A stretch of DNA of 64,000 nt, taken from Candidatus Coproplasma sp. GTDB lineage: Bacteria > Bacillota > Clostridia > Christensenellales > Borkfalkiaceae. The translations under genes were made by a program, and so were the position numbers. A model generated the notes under the pieces. The model saw nothing but the letters and a program-made list of their open reading frames with translations, ran no database searches and was not told the origin of the DNA. The stretch is taken from assembly GCA_051884135.1 (NCBI GenBank), contig JBJEVC010000003.1, positions 272 to 64,271 of the forward strand, given 5' to 3'. How positions within the stretch are numbered: position 1 is the stretch's first letter; each line of letters begins with the position of its first letter. Shown piece by piece: positions 16,179 to 25,067 of this stretch.

Positions 16179-17093
16179 ATGATTGAAAATAAGGCAAGTT
16201 TAACTTCGCTTATGTCGGCGTTTGCAAGGGCATACCATACAGAAAAAGCAAGCGAACCCGTGTTTGCGGACGGGTTTGCAAAAAGGTTGTTCGGCGAAGA
16301 AGAATACAAGGCTATGTGCGGCTACGTCGTGGGCGGACTTGATTTTTTTGCTCCCGATAAGAAGGGCGAGTTTGCGGGAAGTGACGAAGCCTTGAATTAC
16401 CTTGTAAATACCCAGCTTGCGCCCACGCCCGTTGCAAGGGCAAAGTATTGCGAAGACGCTTTAAAAACCGCCGTATTGACGGGGACGACGCAGTATGTAA
16501 TTTTAGGTGCAGGGCTGGATACCTTTGCTTTAAGGGAAAGGGAATTTTTGAACAGGTTTAAAGTGTTCGAGGTTGACCACCCTGCGACCCAAAGCGATAA
16601 AAGGGCAAGGATAGAGAGAGCTGATTTATCTTTACCCGACAACCTTCTTTTCGTGCCTGTGGATTTTTCCAGGGACGACTTGAAAGATAAGCTCTTATCA
16701 TCGGGTTTCGACCCAAAGAAGAAGACCTTTTTCTCCTGGCTGGGCGTAAGCTATTATTTAAGCGAAGAGCAGATTATAAAGACCTTGAAAAGTATTGCCC
16801 AAATCTCGGCGGACGGCAGTACGGTAGTATTTGACTATGCAGATGAAAACCTGTTTACTTCCAAGGTGAGAAGGGTTAAAAATATGCTGGCAATGGCGGC
16901 GGCAGGCGGAGAGAAAATGAAGTCCTGCTTTAGTTATGAACAGCTTGAAAAACTTTTAGAGCAACAGGGCTTTTTAATCTATGAGCTCATGTGCGAGCAG
17001 GACATTCAAAGCACGTATTTTCAAGGAAAGAACGACGACGAAATGTCGGCTTTTGAACATATAAATTACGTCATGGCGGTATATAAGCGGTAA
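16179..17093 (+). CDS. class I SAM-dependent methyltransferase (Ppm1/LCMT-like O-methyltransferase family)
   Basis: AAGGTGGA RBS. SLMSAFARAYH..., VILGAGLDTF and FEVDHP motifs. Confidence 0.8.
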   Translation: MIENKASLTSLMSAFARAYHTEKASEPVFADGFAKRLFGEEEYKAMCGYVVGGLDFFAPDKKGEFAGSDEALNYLVNTQLAPTPVARAKYCEDALKTAVLTGTTQYVILGAGLDTFALREREFLNRFKVFEVDHPATQSDKRARIERADLSLPDNLLFVPVDFSRDDLKDKLLSSGFDPKKKTFFSWLGVSYYLSEEQIIKTLKSIAQISADGSTVVFDYADENLFTSKVRRVKNMLAMAAAGGEKMKSCFSYEQLEKLLEQQGFLIYELMCEQDIQSTYFQGKNDDEMSAFEHINYVMAVYKR

Positions 17094-17186
17094 TAGCAAT
17101 AAAAATACCTTAATCTTGCTTTCCCTAAAGAATTGGGAAAGTGTCACGAGCCTTAAGCAAGTGACGATAGAGTTTGATATTTATAA

Positions 17187-17202
17187 CGCAGAGAAGAGGA
17201 TT
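17187..17202 (-). repeat. 16-nt duplicate of the 3' end of the adjacent tRNA-Ser gene
   Basis: cgcagagaagaggatt is identical to 17349-17364. As at 12559, it is followed by acttcgc. Confidence 0.8.
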
Positions 17203-17305
17203 ACTTCGCCGAAGAATTATTACACCTTAATCAAGCATTATCAATCGGCTCGTGCTACCGCAAGCGGTGGGGCGAACCTGACGGAGGTTCTCACTTTTCA
17301 GTACA

Positions 17306-17345
17306 TCAAAAAACGCCGTAACGGATAAACCGTCACGGCGCTTTT
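17306..17345 (-). terminator. Rho-independent terminator downstream of tRNA-Ser
   Basis: Minus-strand hairpin gcgccgtgacgg / ccgttacggcg followed by tttttt. Confidence 0.75.
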
Positions 17346-17435
17346 TGGCGCAGAGAAGAGGATTCGAACCTCCGTACGTATTCCTACGTAACACGATTTC
17401 GAGTCGTGCGCATTCGACCACTCTGCCATCTCTGC
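17346..17435 (-). tRNA. tRNA-Ser (CGA)
   Basis: Acceptor gcagaga/tctctgc, anticodon loop ctCGAaa, long variable arm, T-arm ggagg-ttcgaat-cctct, encoded CCA. Confidence 0.9.
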
Positions 17436-17531
17436 AACAGCAACATTGATTTTATATCAAATACGTCTAAATTACAAGCGTTTTTGCCTGTGTTGAAGTA
17501 AATTTTTTAGCAATTATTTATAATTCAACTC

Positions 17532-17590
17532 TTGACATATACCCCATACGGGTATATAATACTGATAAAACAAATACCCGTCGGGGGTAT
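17532..17590 (+). promoter_or_regulatory. cop operon promoter with two CsoR-type operators
   Basis: TTGACA (17532-17537), 17-nt spacer, TATAAT (17555-17560). The spacer holds the palindrome ATACCCcatacGGGTAT (17539-17555). A second copy ATACCCgtcggGGGTAT lies at 17574-17590. Confidence 0.75.
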
Positions 17591-17603
17591 ACGAGGTTGA
17601 GAT

Positions 17604-17921
17604 ATGTCAGAAAATTGTTGTGTACATTGTTCGGAATGCGAAACCAAGGTTAAAGTCAGGTCGCCCGAAGAGCTTAAGGATTTGCTAAACAGATTAAAGC
17701 GTGTGGAAGGTCAGATTCGTGGCATTCAGAATATGGTGGAAAACAACGCCTATTGCGCCGACATTTTAATTCAGGTTGCGGCGGCAAACGCTGCGTTAAA
17801 CAGCTTTAATAAGGTGTTGCTCGCAAATCACGTTCGCACCTGCGTGGCGGAGAATATCCGCCAAGGCAACGACGAAGTGGTCGATGAACTCGTAGACTTA
17901 ATGCAAAAATTAATGAAATAG
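17604..17921 (+). CDS. csoR: CsoR family metal-sensing repressor
   Basis: RLKRVEGQIRGIQNMVENNAYCADILIQ...HVRTC (C-H-C ligand pattern). Cys-rich N-terminal extension NCCVHCSEC. Confidence 0.9.
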   Translation: MSENCCVHCSECETKVKVRSPEELKDLLNRLKRVEGQIRGIQNMVENNAYCADILIQVAAANAALNSFNKVLLANHVRTCVAENIRQGNDEVVDELVDLMQKLMK

Positions 17922-17929
17922 AAAAAACT

Positions 17930-20410
17930 ATGATTAAAAATTATGATATAACGGGCATGACGTGTTCGGCATGCTCATCAGGAATTGAAAGGTCGGTTGC
18001 AAAGCTTAACGGGGTTAACTGTGTTGAAGTCAGTTTAATGGGTAAGTCGATGCAGGTTGACTTTGACGAAACGCTTTTATGTGAAGACGATATCTTTGCA
18101 ACGGTTGAAGATCTCGGTTACGGCATCTACTATGAGGGGGAGGCGCCTGTTGAAAACGGGGCTGCAAGCGATAAAAATTTATTAATCCGCTTTATAATAT
18201 CGCTGTGTCTGCTCGTGCCGATAATGTTCCTTGCAATGGTTCTTCCCCACATTGTGGAGCTGGGCGAAAATGCAAAGTGGACTAATTTAGTGCAATGTAT
18301 ACTCTCTGCGGCGGTGCTTGGTATAAATTATAAGTACTTTACAAAGGGATTTATGGCGCTCGTCAAAAAAGTGCCTAATATGGATACGCTTGTGTCTTTA
18401 GGCTCGGGTATATCCTTTATCTATTCGCTCGTCTTAACAGTACTTGCGTTCTTCAATATAAAGCTTGGGGGTTCTCACCTCTATTTCGAGAGTGCGGCGA
18501 TGATTTTAACGCTTGTCGATATCGGCAAATGGTTGGAAGAAAAGTCCAAGAAGAAGACGGGGCAGGAGATAGAAATGCTCTTACGCCTTGCCCCTGATAC
18601 CGTAACCGTAGAAGTCAACGGTGAACGTCAAAGCGTACCCGCAAAGAGCGTTAAGTGCGGGGATATAGTGGTGGTAATGCAGGGCGATTACGTCCCTGTA
18701 GACGGCGAAGTAGTGGAAGGACACACCTTTTTGGATAAATCTGCAATCACGGGCGAGAGCATGCCTGTGGAAGTTTCGGTAGGCGATTTTGTAACCACCG
18801 CATCGGTCAATACAGACGGTCCTATAAAGGTGCGTGCAAGCAAGGTGGGAAGGGATACGACCCTATCACAGATAATTAAATTAGTAAGGCAGGCAGGTGC
18901 GTCTAAAGCCCCCATTCAAAAGTTTGCGGATAAGGTTGCAGGCGTTTTCGTACCGTTAGTTGTAGCCATTTCCCTGATAACCTTTTTGGTATGGATGATT
19001 ATCGATAAGGGCTTTAACGCCGACCACTGCGTAACGTATGCAATCTCGGTTTTGGTTGTATCCTGTCCTTGCGCTCTGGGGCTTGCAACGCCTGTCGCCA
19101 TTATGACTGCTACGGGCAAAGCCGCATCGCTCGGCGTGTTGTACAAGGATGCGGAAGCTCTTCAAAAGACAAGGGATATCAACTGTGTTCTGTTGGATAA
19201 AACGGCAACGCTCACCGAAGGCAAACCCACCGTGTCCGATGTCGTATTTTTCGGTGCGGAAAGGAGTAGCGTTTTAAAGATTGCGGGTGCGATAGAGAAT
19301 AACTCAAACCACCCCTTGGCAAAGTGCATTTCAGCCTACTGCAATTCGTCCGAAGATACGGAAGGGTTTGAATATACCGTAGGCAAGGGCGCAAGCGCAA
19401 CCTATAAAGGTGTGCGCTACAGGCTGGGCAACGTTTCGCTGATTTCCGATTTAAAGCTTTCAAAGGAAGTCAAAGATACAGCCAAACAGCTCTCAAAACA
19501 GGGCAAGACGGTAGTCTACTTTGCAGACGGGAAAAAGGTTTTAGCTCTCTTTGCAGTCATTGACGAGATTAAAAAGACAAGTGCGGAAGCGGTAGCCCTT
19601 CTCAAAGACAGGAACGTAAAGATTGCAATGCTTACGGGAGATAACGAGATTACCGCAAAGGCGGTAGCGGACAGTGTGGGTATAGACGACTTTATTGCCG
19701 AAGTTCTGCCCGAAGATAAGCTGCGTATGGTTGAAAATATGCAGAAAATCGGCGGAACGGTTGCAATGGTGGGCGACGGCATAAACGACAGCCCTGCCTT
19801 AAAGAAGGCGGACGTGGGCATAGCGATAGGCGACGGCAGCGACGTAGCAATCGACAGTGCAGGCGTGGTTTTAATCGGCGGTGACTTGCGTGCGCTCGAT
19901 ACGGCAATAGACTTAAGCAGGGTAACGGTTAGAAACATTAAGCAAAACCTGTTCTGGGCGTTCTTCTATAACGTAATTATGATACCTGTTGCAGCAGGTG
20001 CGCTATCGTTTATAGGGGTGGCATTCAACCCTATGTGGGGTGCGCTGTGTATGTCTTTAAGCTCACTCTTCGTCGTAGGCAATGCGTTAAGACTGCTATT
20101 ATATAAAAACAAAAAGTTAGGCGTTAACCAAAATAACGCAGACAATAATCAAACAGACAGTAATCAAACAGAAATTTCGAAGGAGAATAACTGTATGAAA
20201 AAATTAATCAGCGTAGAAGGTATGTGTTGCGAGCACTGCGCCGCAAGGGTAGAAAAGGCGCTTTCGGCGGTTGAAGGCGTGGTTTCGGCAGACGTAAAAT
20301 TAAAGAAACAACTTGCCGTCGTCAGGAGCCGTGAAGAGCTTTCGGACGAAGTTTTAACCAAAGTCATCACCGATGCGGGCTATACGGTTACGGGTATCGT
20401 GACTAAATAA
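17930..20410 (+). CDS. copA: copper-translocating P1B-type ATPase with N- and C-terminal HMA domains
   Basis: GMTCSACSSGIE, TGES, SCPCALGLATP, DKTATLT, GDGINDSPAL, and a C-terminal VEGMCCEHCAARVEKAL domain. Confidence 0.9.
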   Translation: MIKNYDITGMTCSACSSGIERSVAKLNGVNCVEVSLMGKSMQVDFDETLLCEDDIFATVEDLGYGIYYEGEAPVENGAASDKNLLIRFIISLCLLVPIMFLAMVLPHIVELGENAKWTNLVQCILSAAVLGINYKYFTKGFMALVKKVPNMDTLVSLGSGISFIYSLVLTVLAFFNIKLGGSHLYFESAAMILTLVDIGKWLEEKSKKKTGQEIEMLLRLAPDTVTVEVNGERQSVPAKSVKCGDIVVVMQGDYVPVDGEVVEGHTFLDKSAITGESMPVEVSVGDFVTTASVNTDGPIKVRASKVGRDTTLSQIIKLVRQAGASKAPIQKFADKVAGVFVPLVVAISLITFLVWMIIDKGFNADHCVTYAISVLVVSCPCALGLATPVAIMTATGKAASLGVLYKDAEALQKTRDINCVLLDKTATLTEGKPTVSDVVFFGAERSSVLKIAGAIENNSNHPLAKCISAYCNSSEDTEGFEYTVGKGASATYKGVRYRLGNVSLISDLKLSKEVKDTAKQLSKQGKTVVYFADGKKVLALFAVIDEIKKTSAEAVALLKDRNVKIAMLTGDNEITAKAVADSVGIDDFIAEVLPEDKLRMVENMQKIGGTVAMVGDGINDSPALKKADVGIAIGDGSDVAIDSAGVVLIGGDLRALDTAIDLSRVTVRNIKQNLFWAFFYNVIMIPVAAGALSFIGVAFNPMWGALCMSLSSLFVVGNALRLLLYKNKKLGVNQNNADNNQTDSNQTEISKENNCMKKLISVEGMCCEHCAARVEKALSAVEGVVSADVKLKKQLAVVRSREELSDEVLTKVITDAGYTVTGIVTK

Positions 20411-20504
20411 GCTTTTAAGCTAAATAATGACAAAACAAGCTAAAAACTCATATTGACGTACGCTCATATCACCCTATATAATATTGCTGTAGGAGGATTA
20501 GCAT

Positions 20505-20843
20505 ATGCGTGAAATGATGCTTTTGGACAGACGTACTAAAGAGTTGGTGGAAGAATACGTTCCGCAGGGGGACGTGCTTGACGGTATAACCTGCTTTTTC
20601 GGTGTGTTTGCAGATGCAACACGAGTGCGTATGCTCTCCGCTTTAGCGATTTCAGAGATGTGCGTGACCGATTTGTCGAGAGTGTTGGACATCAATCAGA
20701 CAACCGTCTCCCATCAGTTGCGGCTGCTCAAAAATTTAGGTATAGTCAAGTCCGTCAGAAACGGCAAGATCATAACCTATTCGCTTGTAAACGATACGGT
20801 TAACGACGTAATGTTAAAAGGGGTAGAGTTTTTAGGCAATTAA
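20505..20843 (+). CDS. ArsR/SmtB family transcriptional regulator
   Basis: AGGAGG RBS. FADATRVRMLSALAISEMCVTDLSRVLDINQTTVSHQLRLLK wHTH signature. Confidence 0.85.
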   Translation: MREMMLLDRRTKELVEEYVPQGDVLDGITCFFGVFADATRVRMLSALAISEMCVTDLSRVLDINQTTVSHQLRLLKNLGIVKSVRNGKIITYSLVNDTVNDVMLKGVEFLGN

Positions 20844-20877
20844 TTGCAGCTAAAAATGCTTGCGGAAACGTTCATGG

Positions 20878-20906
20878 TTGACTAAACTGCGTTGACGTGA
20901 TATAAT
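20878..20906 (+). promoter_or_regulatory. sigma-A-type promoter upstream of comEC
   Basis: TTGACT, 17-nt spacer, TATAAT. Confidence 0.55.
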
Positions 20907-20920
20907 CAACGGATAAGAAT

Positions 20921-22981
20921 ATGAAAAAGCCGTTCAATATCCGTCTGCCGTTATTGTACGCAAGTATGCTCGTTGCAGGTATAATCTTTGCAACTATAGC
21001 TCAATATTTTAAATTCAGCTCTGTCTTTGGGTTAATACCCGTAGCGATGTCGCTATGCGTATGTGTCTTTATCGGCGTAAAATTTAAAAATGTCAAGCTC
21101 GTATTATTGTTGTTTTCCGCTATAGCCGTCTTTGTCATTGGCGTGTTGTATACGAGCATTTTAATATTTAACTACTGCAATAGCGAGCTCTGCGTCGACG
21201 GTGCCGTAATGATTTACGGAAAGGTGGACGAAGTGGGGCTGACTTCCAAAGGTACCCGTTTCATCGTTTTAGACGACGTCCGCTTTGGCGAAACGCAAAT
21301 TAGCGGGAAGATAGTCGCCTACTTTTTAGAAGACGCAGGCGAATACTGCAGAAGGGGATACAGCGTAAGCTTTTATTCCCAGCCGGAGACTTTGTCGTTC
21401 TTTTCTCAAGGTTCGGTAAACTATTACGCCGCAAAAGGTGTTAAATACTCCTGCGTCGTTGCAGGCGGTCTTCAGGCAAAGTATTCCTTTTCGCTGTTTG
21501 GAGAGATAGCTTATAAATTAGAGGAGCTTCTCTATTCTAATTTAGACACGGAGACGGCTTCGGTTGCGCTTGCGCTTTTAACGGGCAATGCGGACATGAT
21601 ATCGGAAGGTACGATTTCAGCCTTCAGGGGCGGCGGCATAGCCCACGTCTTCGCCGTGTCGGGTCTGCACATAGGTGTGATTTATGCGGCTATCACGGCA
21701 CTGTTTAAAAAACTGCCGTTAAACCGCTTTCTATCTGCGGCATTGCGCATAATTTTCATATTTATATTTGCAGGTGTGTGCAATTTTACACCGTCGTCTG
21801 TCCGAGCGGCGATAATGTGTTCGGTCATAGCTGTGGCAAGTTGCCTGAACCGCAGATACGATGCTTTGAACGGCTTTTCGATAGCGGCGATAATTATACT
21901 TTTAATCAATCCGCTTTCGCTGTTCGAAGTGGGGTTTGCCCTGTCGTTTTCGGCAGTATTAGGCGTACTCCTGTTAAATAAAAACTTAAGCTCTCTGCTT
22001 GCGTTTTTACCGCAAAAAATAAGGAACGGTATTGCTACGGGTTGGTCAGCGCAGTTTGCCACTATCCCCGTATTAATGTCGTCTTTCGGCTATATCTCGT
22101 GGGCAGGTCTGATACTTAATCTTATATTTATACCGCTTATTTCCATATTTTACACGGCGTTGTTTGCGGTTACGCTGATCTGCCTTATCCTGCCGTTCAG
22201 CGCACCCGTACTTTTAAACTGCGTAACGGTTCCGCTGCAATTTGTTTTAAATCTCGTTGTCTCAAGCGGGGTGGAGAATGCGGTTATCTACGGCAATTTC
22301 GGGTGGTGGATATACATACCGTTTATTGTGGTTACCCTTGCTTGCACCGATAAGCTTAATTTAAAAAGAGCGGTGCGCTTCGTGATTGTCGGCGTTACGG
22401 CAGCCGTTGTTTTGTGCGTTGTCCTGACGCAGACGTTTGCTAAAGGCAGTTCGGTAGTATTTGCACCCGCTACGGACGGCGGCTATGCCTTTATAAAAAA
22501 CGGTAGCGGCTGCGTGCTTATCGTCCTGCCAAATACCGACGGCGTACCCAAGTACGTTACCCAAAGTGCGGACGTGCTCGTCATAGTGGGCGGCGACGAA
22601 GCATTGAACCAGATGATCAATATAGACGGGGACTTTGACAGGGTATATCTGAAAGGCTCTTCGGCGACCTTGCCGCCGCTCGGTGGTTACGAAGTAATCT
22701 GTACGGACAGCTTTTCGGAGTGCGGAATAGAGTTTGAGTATAACGGCGACGTGCTGTATATGAACTGCGACGGGGTTAACGTGGCGTTCGCCTATGACGA
22801 AAAGGGCGAGATTTATAGCGCCATTCCCGACGACTGTTCGCTATATCTCTACGGTTATGCAAACAACGATACGGTTCTATTTACCCGTCAGGGGAGTTAT
22901 AATTTATCCTATTGCGGAAAGATGAAGTTTAAAGTCAGCGATGGAAGTTTAACTCCGCAGTATGTCATACCAAAGGAATAA
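20921..22981 (+). CDS. comEC: ComEC/Rec2 family DNA internalisation channel protein
   Basis: Polytopic membrane protein with GGGIAHVFAVSGLHIGV competence-domain motif. The C-terminal ~200 aa contain no His residues. Confidence 0.85.
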   Translation: MKKPFNIRLPLLYASMLVAGIIFATIAQYFKFSSVFGLIPVAMSLCVCVFIGVKFKNVKLVLLLFSAIAVFVIGVLYTSILIFNYCNSELCVDGAVMIYGKVDEVGLTSKGTRFIVLDDVRFGETQISGKIVAYFLEDAGEYCRRGYSVSFYSQPETLSFFSQGSVNYYAAKGVKYSCVVAGGLQAKYSFSLFGEIAYKLEELLYSNLDTETASVALALLTGNADMISEGTISAFRGGGIAHVFAVSGLHIGVIYAAITALFKKLPLNRFLSAALRIIFIFIFAGVCNFTPSSVRAAIMCSVIAVASCLNRRYDALNGFSIAAIIILLINPLSLFEVGFALSFSAVLGVLLLNKNLSSLLAFLPQKIRNGIATGWSAQFATIPVLMSSFGYISWAGLILNLIFIPLISIFYTALFAVTLICLILPFSAPVLLNCVTVPLQFVLNLVVSSGVENAVIYGNFGWWIYIPFIVVTLACTDKLNLKRAVRFVIVGVTAAVVLCVVLTQTFAKGSSVVFAPATDGGYAFIKNGSGCVLIVLPNTDGVPKYVTQSADVLVIVGGDEALNQMINIDGDFDRVYLKGSSATLPPLGGYEVICTDSFSECGIEFEYNGDVLYMNCDGVNVAFAYDEKGEIYSAIPDDCSLYLYGYANNDTVLFTRQGSYNLSYCGKMKFKVSDGSLTPQYVIPKE

Positions 22982-22984
22982 AAT

Positions 22985-23959
22985 ATGAAATTTACCGAGC
23001 TTAAAGACGATATCAAAAACGGCAGGAGAGAAATTTATCTCTTCGAGGGCGACGACGCCTATTTCCGCACGTCTGCGGAAAATATGGTAAAAAATGCCTT
23101 TTTGGAGATGCCCGAACTAAACTATATCTCCTTTGACGGCGAAAGCAAAAAGGGGAGTGCGATGGAGGATATTGTCTCTGCAATTTCCGTATTCCCCTTT
23201 ATGGCGCCCTGCAGGTTGATTAAGGTTTCGGAATTCTATCCCACCGAAGACGACTATGAAAAATATTTAAAAACTACGTTTGAAAGCTTCCCCGATACGG
23301 CAACCTTGATAATTGTCAATTCTCAATCTAAAAAAGGTTGCGATTTAAAGAGAAAGAAAGCGGTAAGCTACTTCGACTGCAACAAAGCCGACAGGGAGAC
23401 GGTTGCTCGTTGGGCGTATTTAACCATGAAAAAAGCAGGCGTCTCTTCTTCCGTAGAGGCGTGCGAAGCCATTGCCGACTACTGTGTAATGGATATGGCA
23501 AGGGTATCTAAAGAAGTGGAAAAGCTCATCGAGTGGGGCAAGGACGGTTTAGTAACCAAAGCCGACGTAGACGAGCTGGTCTATAAGGATGCGGACTACA
23601 GAGTGTACCAGATGACGGGTGCCGTAGCAAGGGGAGATTATTCCACCTTTACCGAAATCTGTAAAGATCTTCTCTCAAAAGGCTATGACTCAAACGCAGT
23701 TATAGCGTCGCTTCTCAACTACTTTAAAAATCTCTTGACGGTGCTTGTGTCCGATAAACCGCAGGAAGAGCTCTGCGCAATGCTCAAGATGAAGGATTTT
23801 GCTCTGAATAAAACCCGTCAACAGGCAAAGGCGATGGGCAAGGACAGACTGATAAGACTTATAGACGGATTATATAACGCCGCTTCTTCCACAAAGAGCG
23901 GTCTTATCACCCCTGCAGGTTCGCTTGAAAGTGTGTATGCGCAGGTGTTCTTCGGGTAA
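22985..23959 (+). CDS. holA: DNA polymerase III delta subunit
   Basis: IYLFEGDDAYF N-terminus, appropriate size, and the conserved comEC-holA position. Confidence 0.8.
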   Translation: MKFTELKDDIKNGRREIYLFEGDDAYFRTSAENMVKNAFLEMPELNYISFDGESKKGSAMEDIVSAISVFPFMAPCRLIKVSEFYPTEDDYEKYLKTTFESFPDTATLIIVNSQSKKGCDLKRKKAVSYFDCNKADRETVARWAYLTMKKAGVSSSVEACEAIADYCVMDMARVSKEVEKLIEWGKDGLVTKADVDELVYKDADYRVYQMTGAVARGDYSTFTEICKDLLSKGYDSNAVIASLLNYFKNLLTVLVSDKPQEELCAMLKMKDFALNKTRQQAKAMGKDRLIRLIDGLYNAASSTKSGLITPAGSLESVYAQVFFG

Positions 23960-24091
23960 GGCAAGCACTTTACCATAATAAAACAAAATATATAACGATA
24001 AAGCGCTTAAAAACGCTTTATTTTTTTGTCTAAAATAAGTATAATAATATGTAAAGTTATAATTATTTACGCAATCTTGGCGGAGAAAATT

Positions 24092-24943
24092 ATGTTTGGA
24101 AATATACTTGCTGATAATTGGGGCGGAGAGTTTTGGTCAAACTACGGCGAAAAACTCAAAACCATGTTTATGAATTTCGATATAAGCTATATATTGGAAT
24201 TAATCGTCTTTGCCGCAACCTTCTACATTGTCTTTAAAATTTTAAAGGACAATAAGTGCGAAAAGGTAATTGCTTTTGTCTGTGCATTGATAGTTCTGTG
24301 CGGTTTTACATTCAGCCTTTCCGAGACGTTGGATTCGACTACGCTGACTATCGTTATCGTATTAATCGATTTAACAGTGCTCTCCATATTTAATACCGAG
24401 CTTAAGCGTTCGCTGTTCGGTACCGGCGGTAAAAAGCACGTTAAAAAGGAGACGGATACGGCGACGGTAAGGGAAGTAGAGCTCGTTATGGAAGAGATTA
24501 TTCGTGCCGTACAGCATATGTCTAAAAACGACATAGGTGCGCTCATAGTCCTTTCTAACAAGAATCTCCCCGAAGGCATTATCTCAAGCGGTACCGTAAT
24601 CAATGCGGATATCAACTCGTCAATGATAGAAGCAGTCTTCTACCCCAAAGCACCCCTGCACGACGGCGCTATGGTAATCGAAGGGCAGAAGATTCATGCG
24701 GCAGGCTGTTTCTTACCCATAATCGAAAACGACGCTCTTCCACAGGAAATAGGTTCCCGTCACCGTGCGGCGCTCGGCGTAACCAACGTTGCGGAAGTTA
24801 CGGCAATCGTTGTATCTGAAGAGACGGGCGTAATCTCCATTATGAAGAAGGGCGAAATTGTTAAGCGTTATGCCAGCGACGCCGACTTGAAACTCGTTTT
24901 GACAGAGTATTACTGGTCCGATATATCGGGCAAGGAGGCTTGA
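24092..24943 (+). CDS. cdaA: diadenylate cyclase CdaA
   Basis: GGAGAA RBS before the ATG at 24092. Three N-terminal TM helices. DAC domain motifs GALIVL, LHDGAMVI, GSRHRAALG. Confidence 0.9.
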   Translation: MFGNILADNWGGEFWSNYGEKLKTMFMNFDISYILELIVFAATFYIVFKILKDNKCEKVIAFVCALIVLCGFTFSLSETLDSTTLTIVIVLIDLTVLSIFNTELKRSLFGTGGKKHVKKETDTATVREVELVMEEIIRAVQHMSKNDIGALIVLSNKNLPEGIISSGTVINADINSSMIEAVFYPKAPLHDGAMVIEGQKIHAAGCFLPIIENDALPQEIGSRHRAALGVTNVAEVTAIVVSEETGVISIMKKGEIVKRYASDADLKLVLTEYYWSDISGKEA

Positions 24944-24947
24944 AAAC

Positions 24948-25058
24948 ATGAAGAAATTCAGTAAAATATTAAAAGAATTTTTCACAACGAATATATGGAT
25001 AAAGGTACTTGCGGTCGTGCTTGCGGCGTTTGTCGTTCTGGCTATCAACGTGCCCTAA
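24948..25058 (+). CDS. 36-aa remnant of CdaR/YbbR (transmembrane helix only)
   Basis: MKKFSKILKEFFTTNIWIKVLAVVLAAFVVLAINVP parallels the CdaR N-terminus (N-x-W-x-x-K-I/V-hydrophobic helix). It stops before any YbbR repeat. Confidence 0.55.
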   Translation: MKKFSKILKEFFTTNIWIKVLAVVLAAFVVLAINVP

Positions 25059-25067
25059 AAAAGAAAT

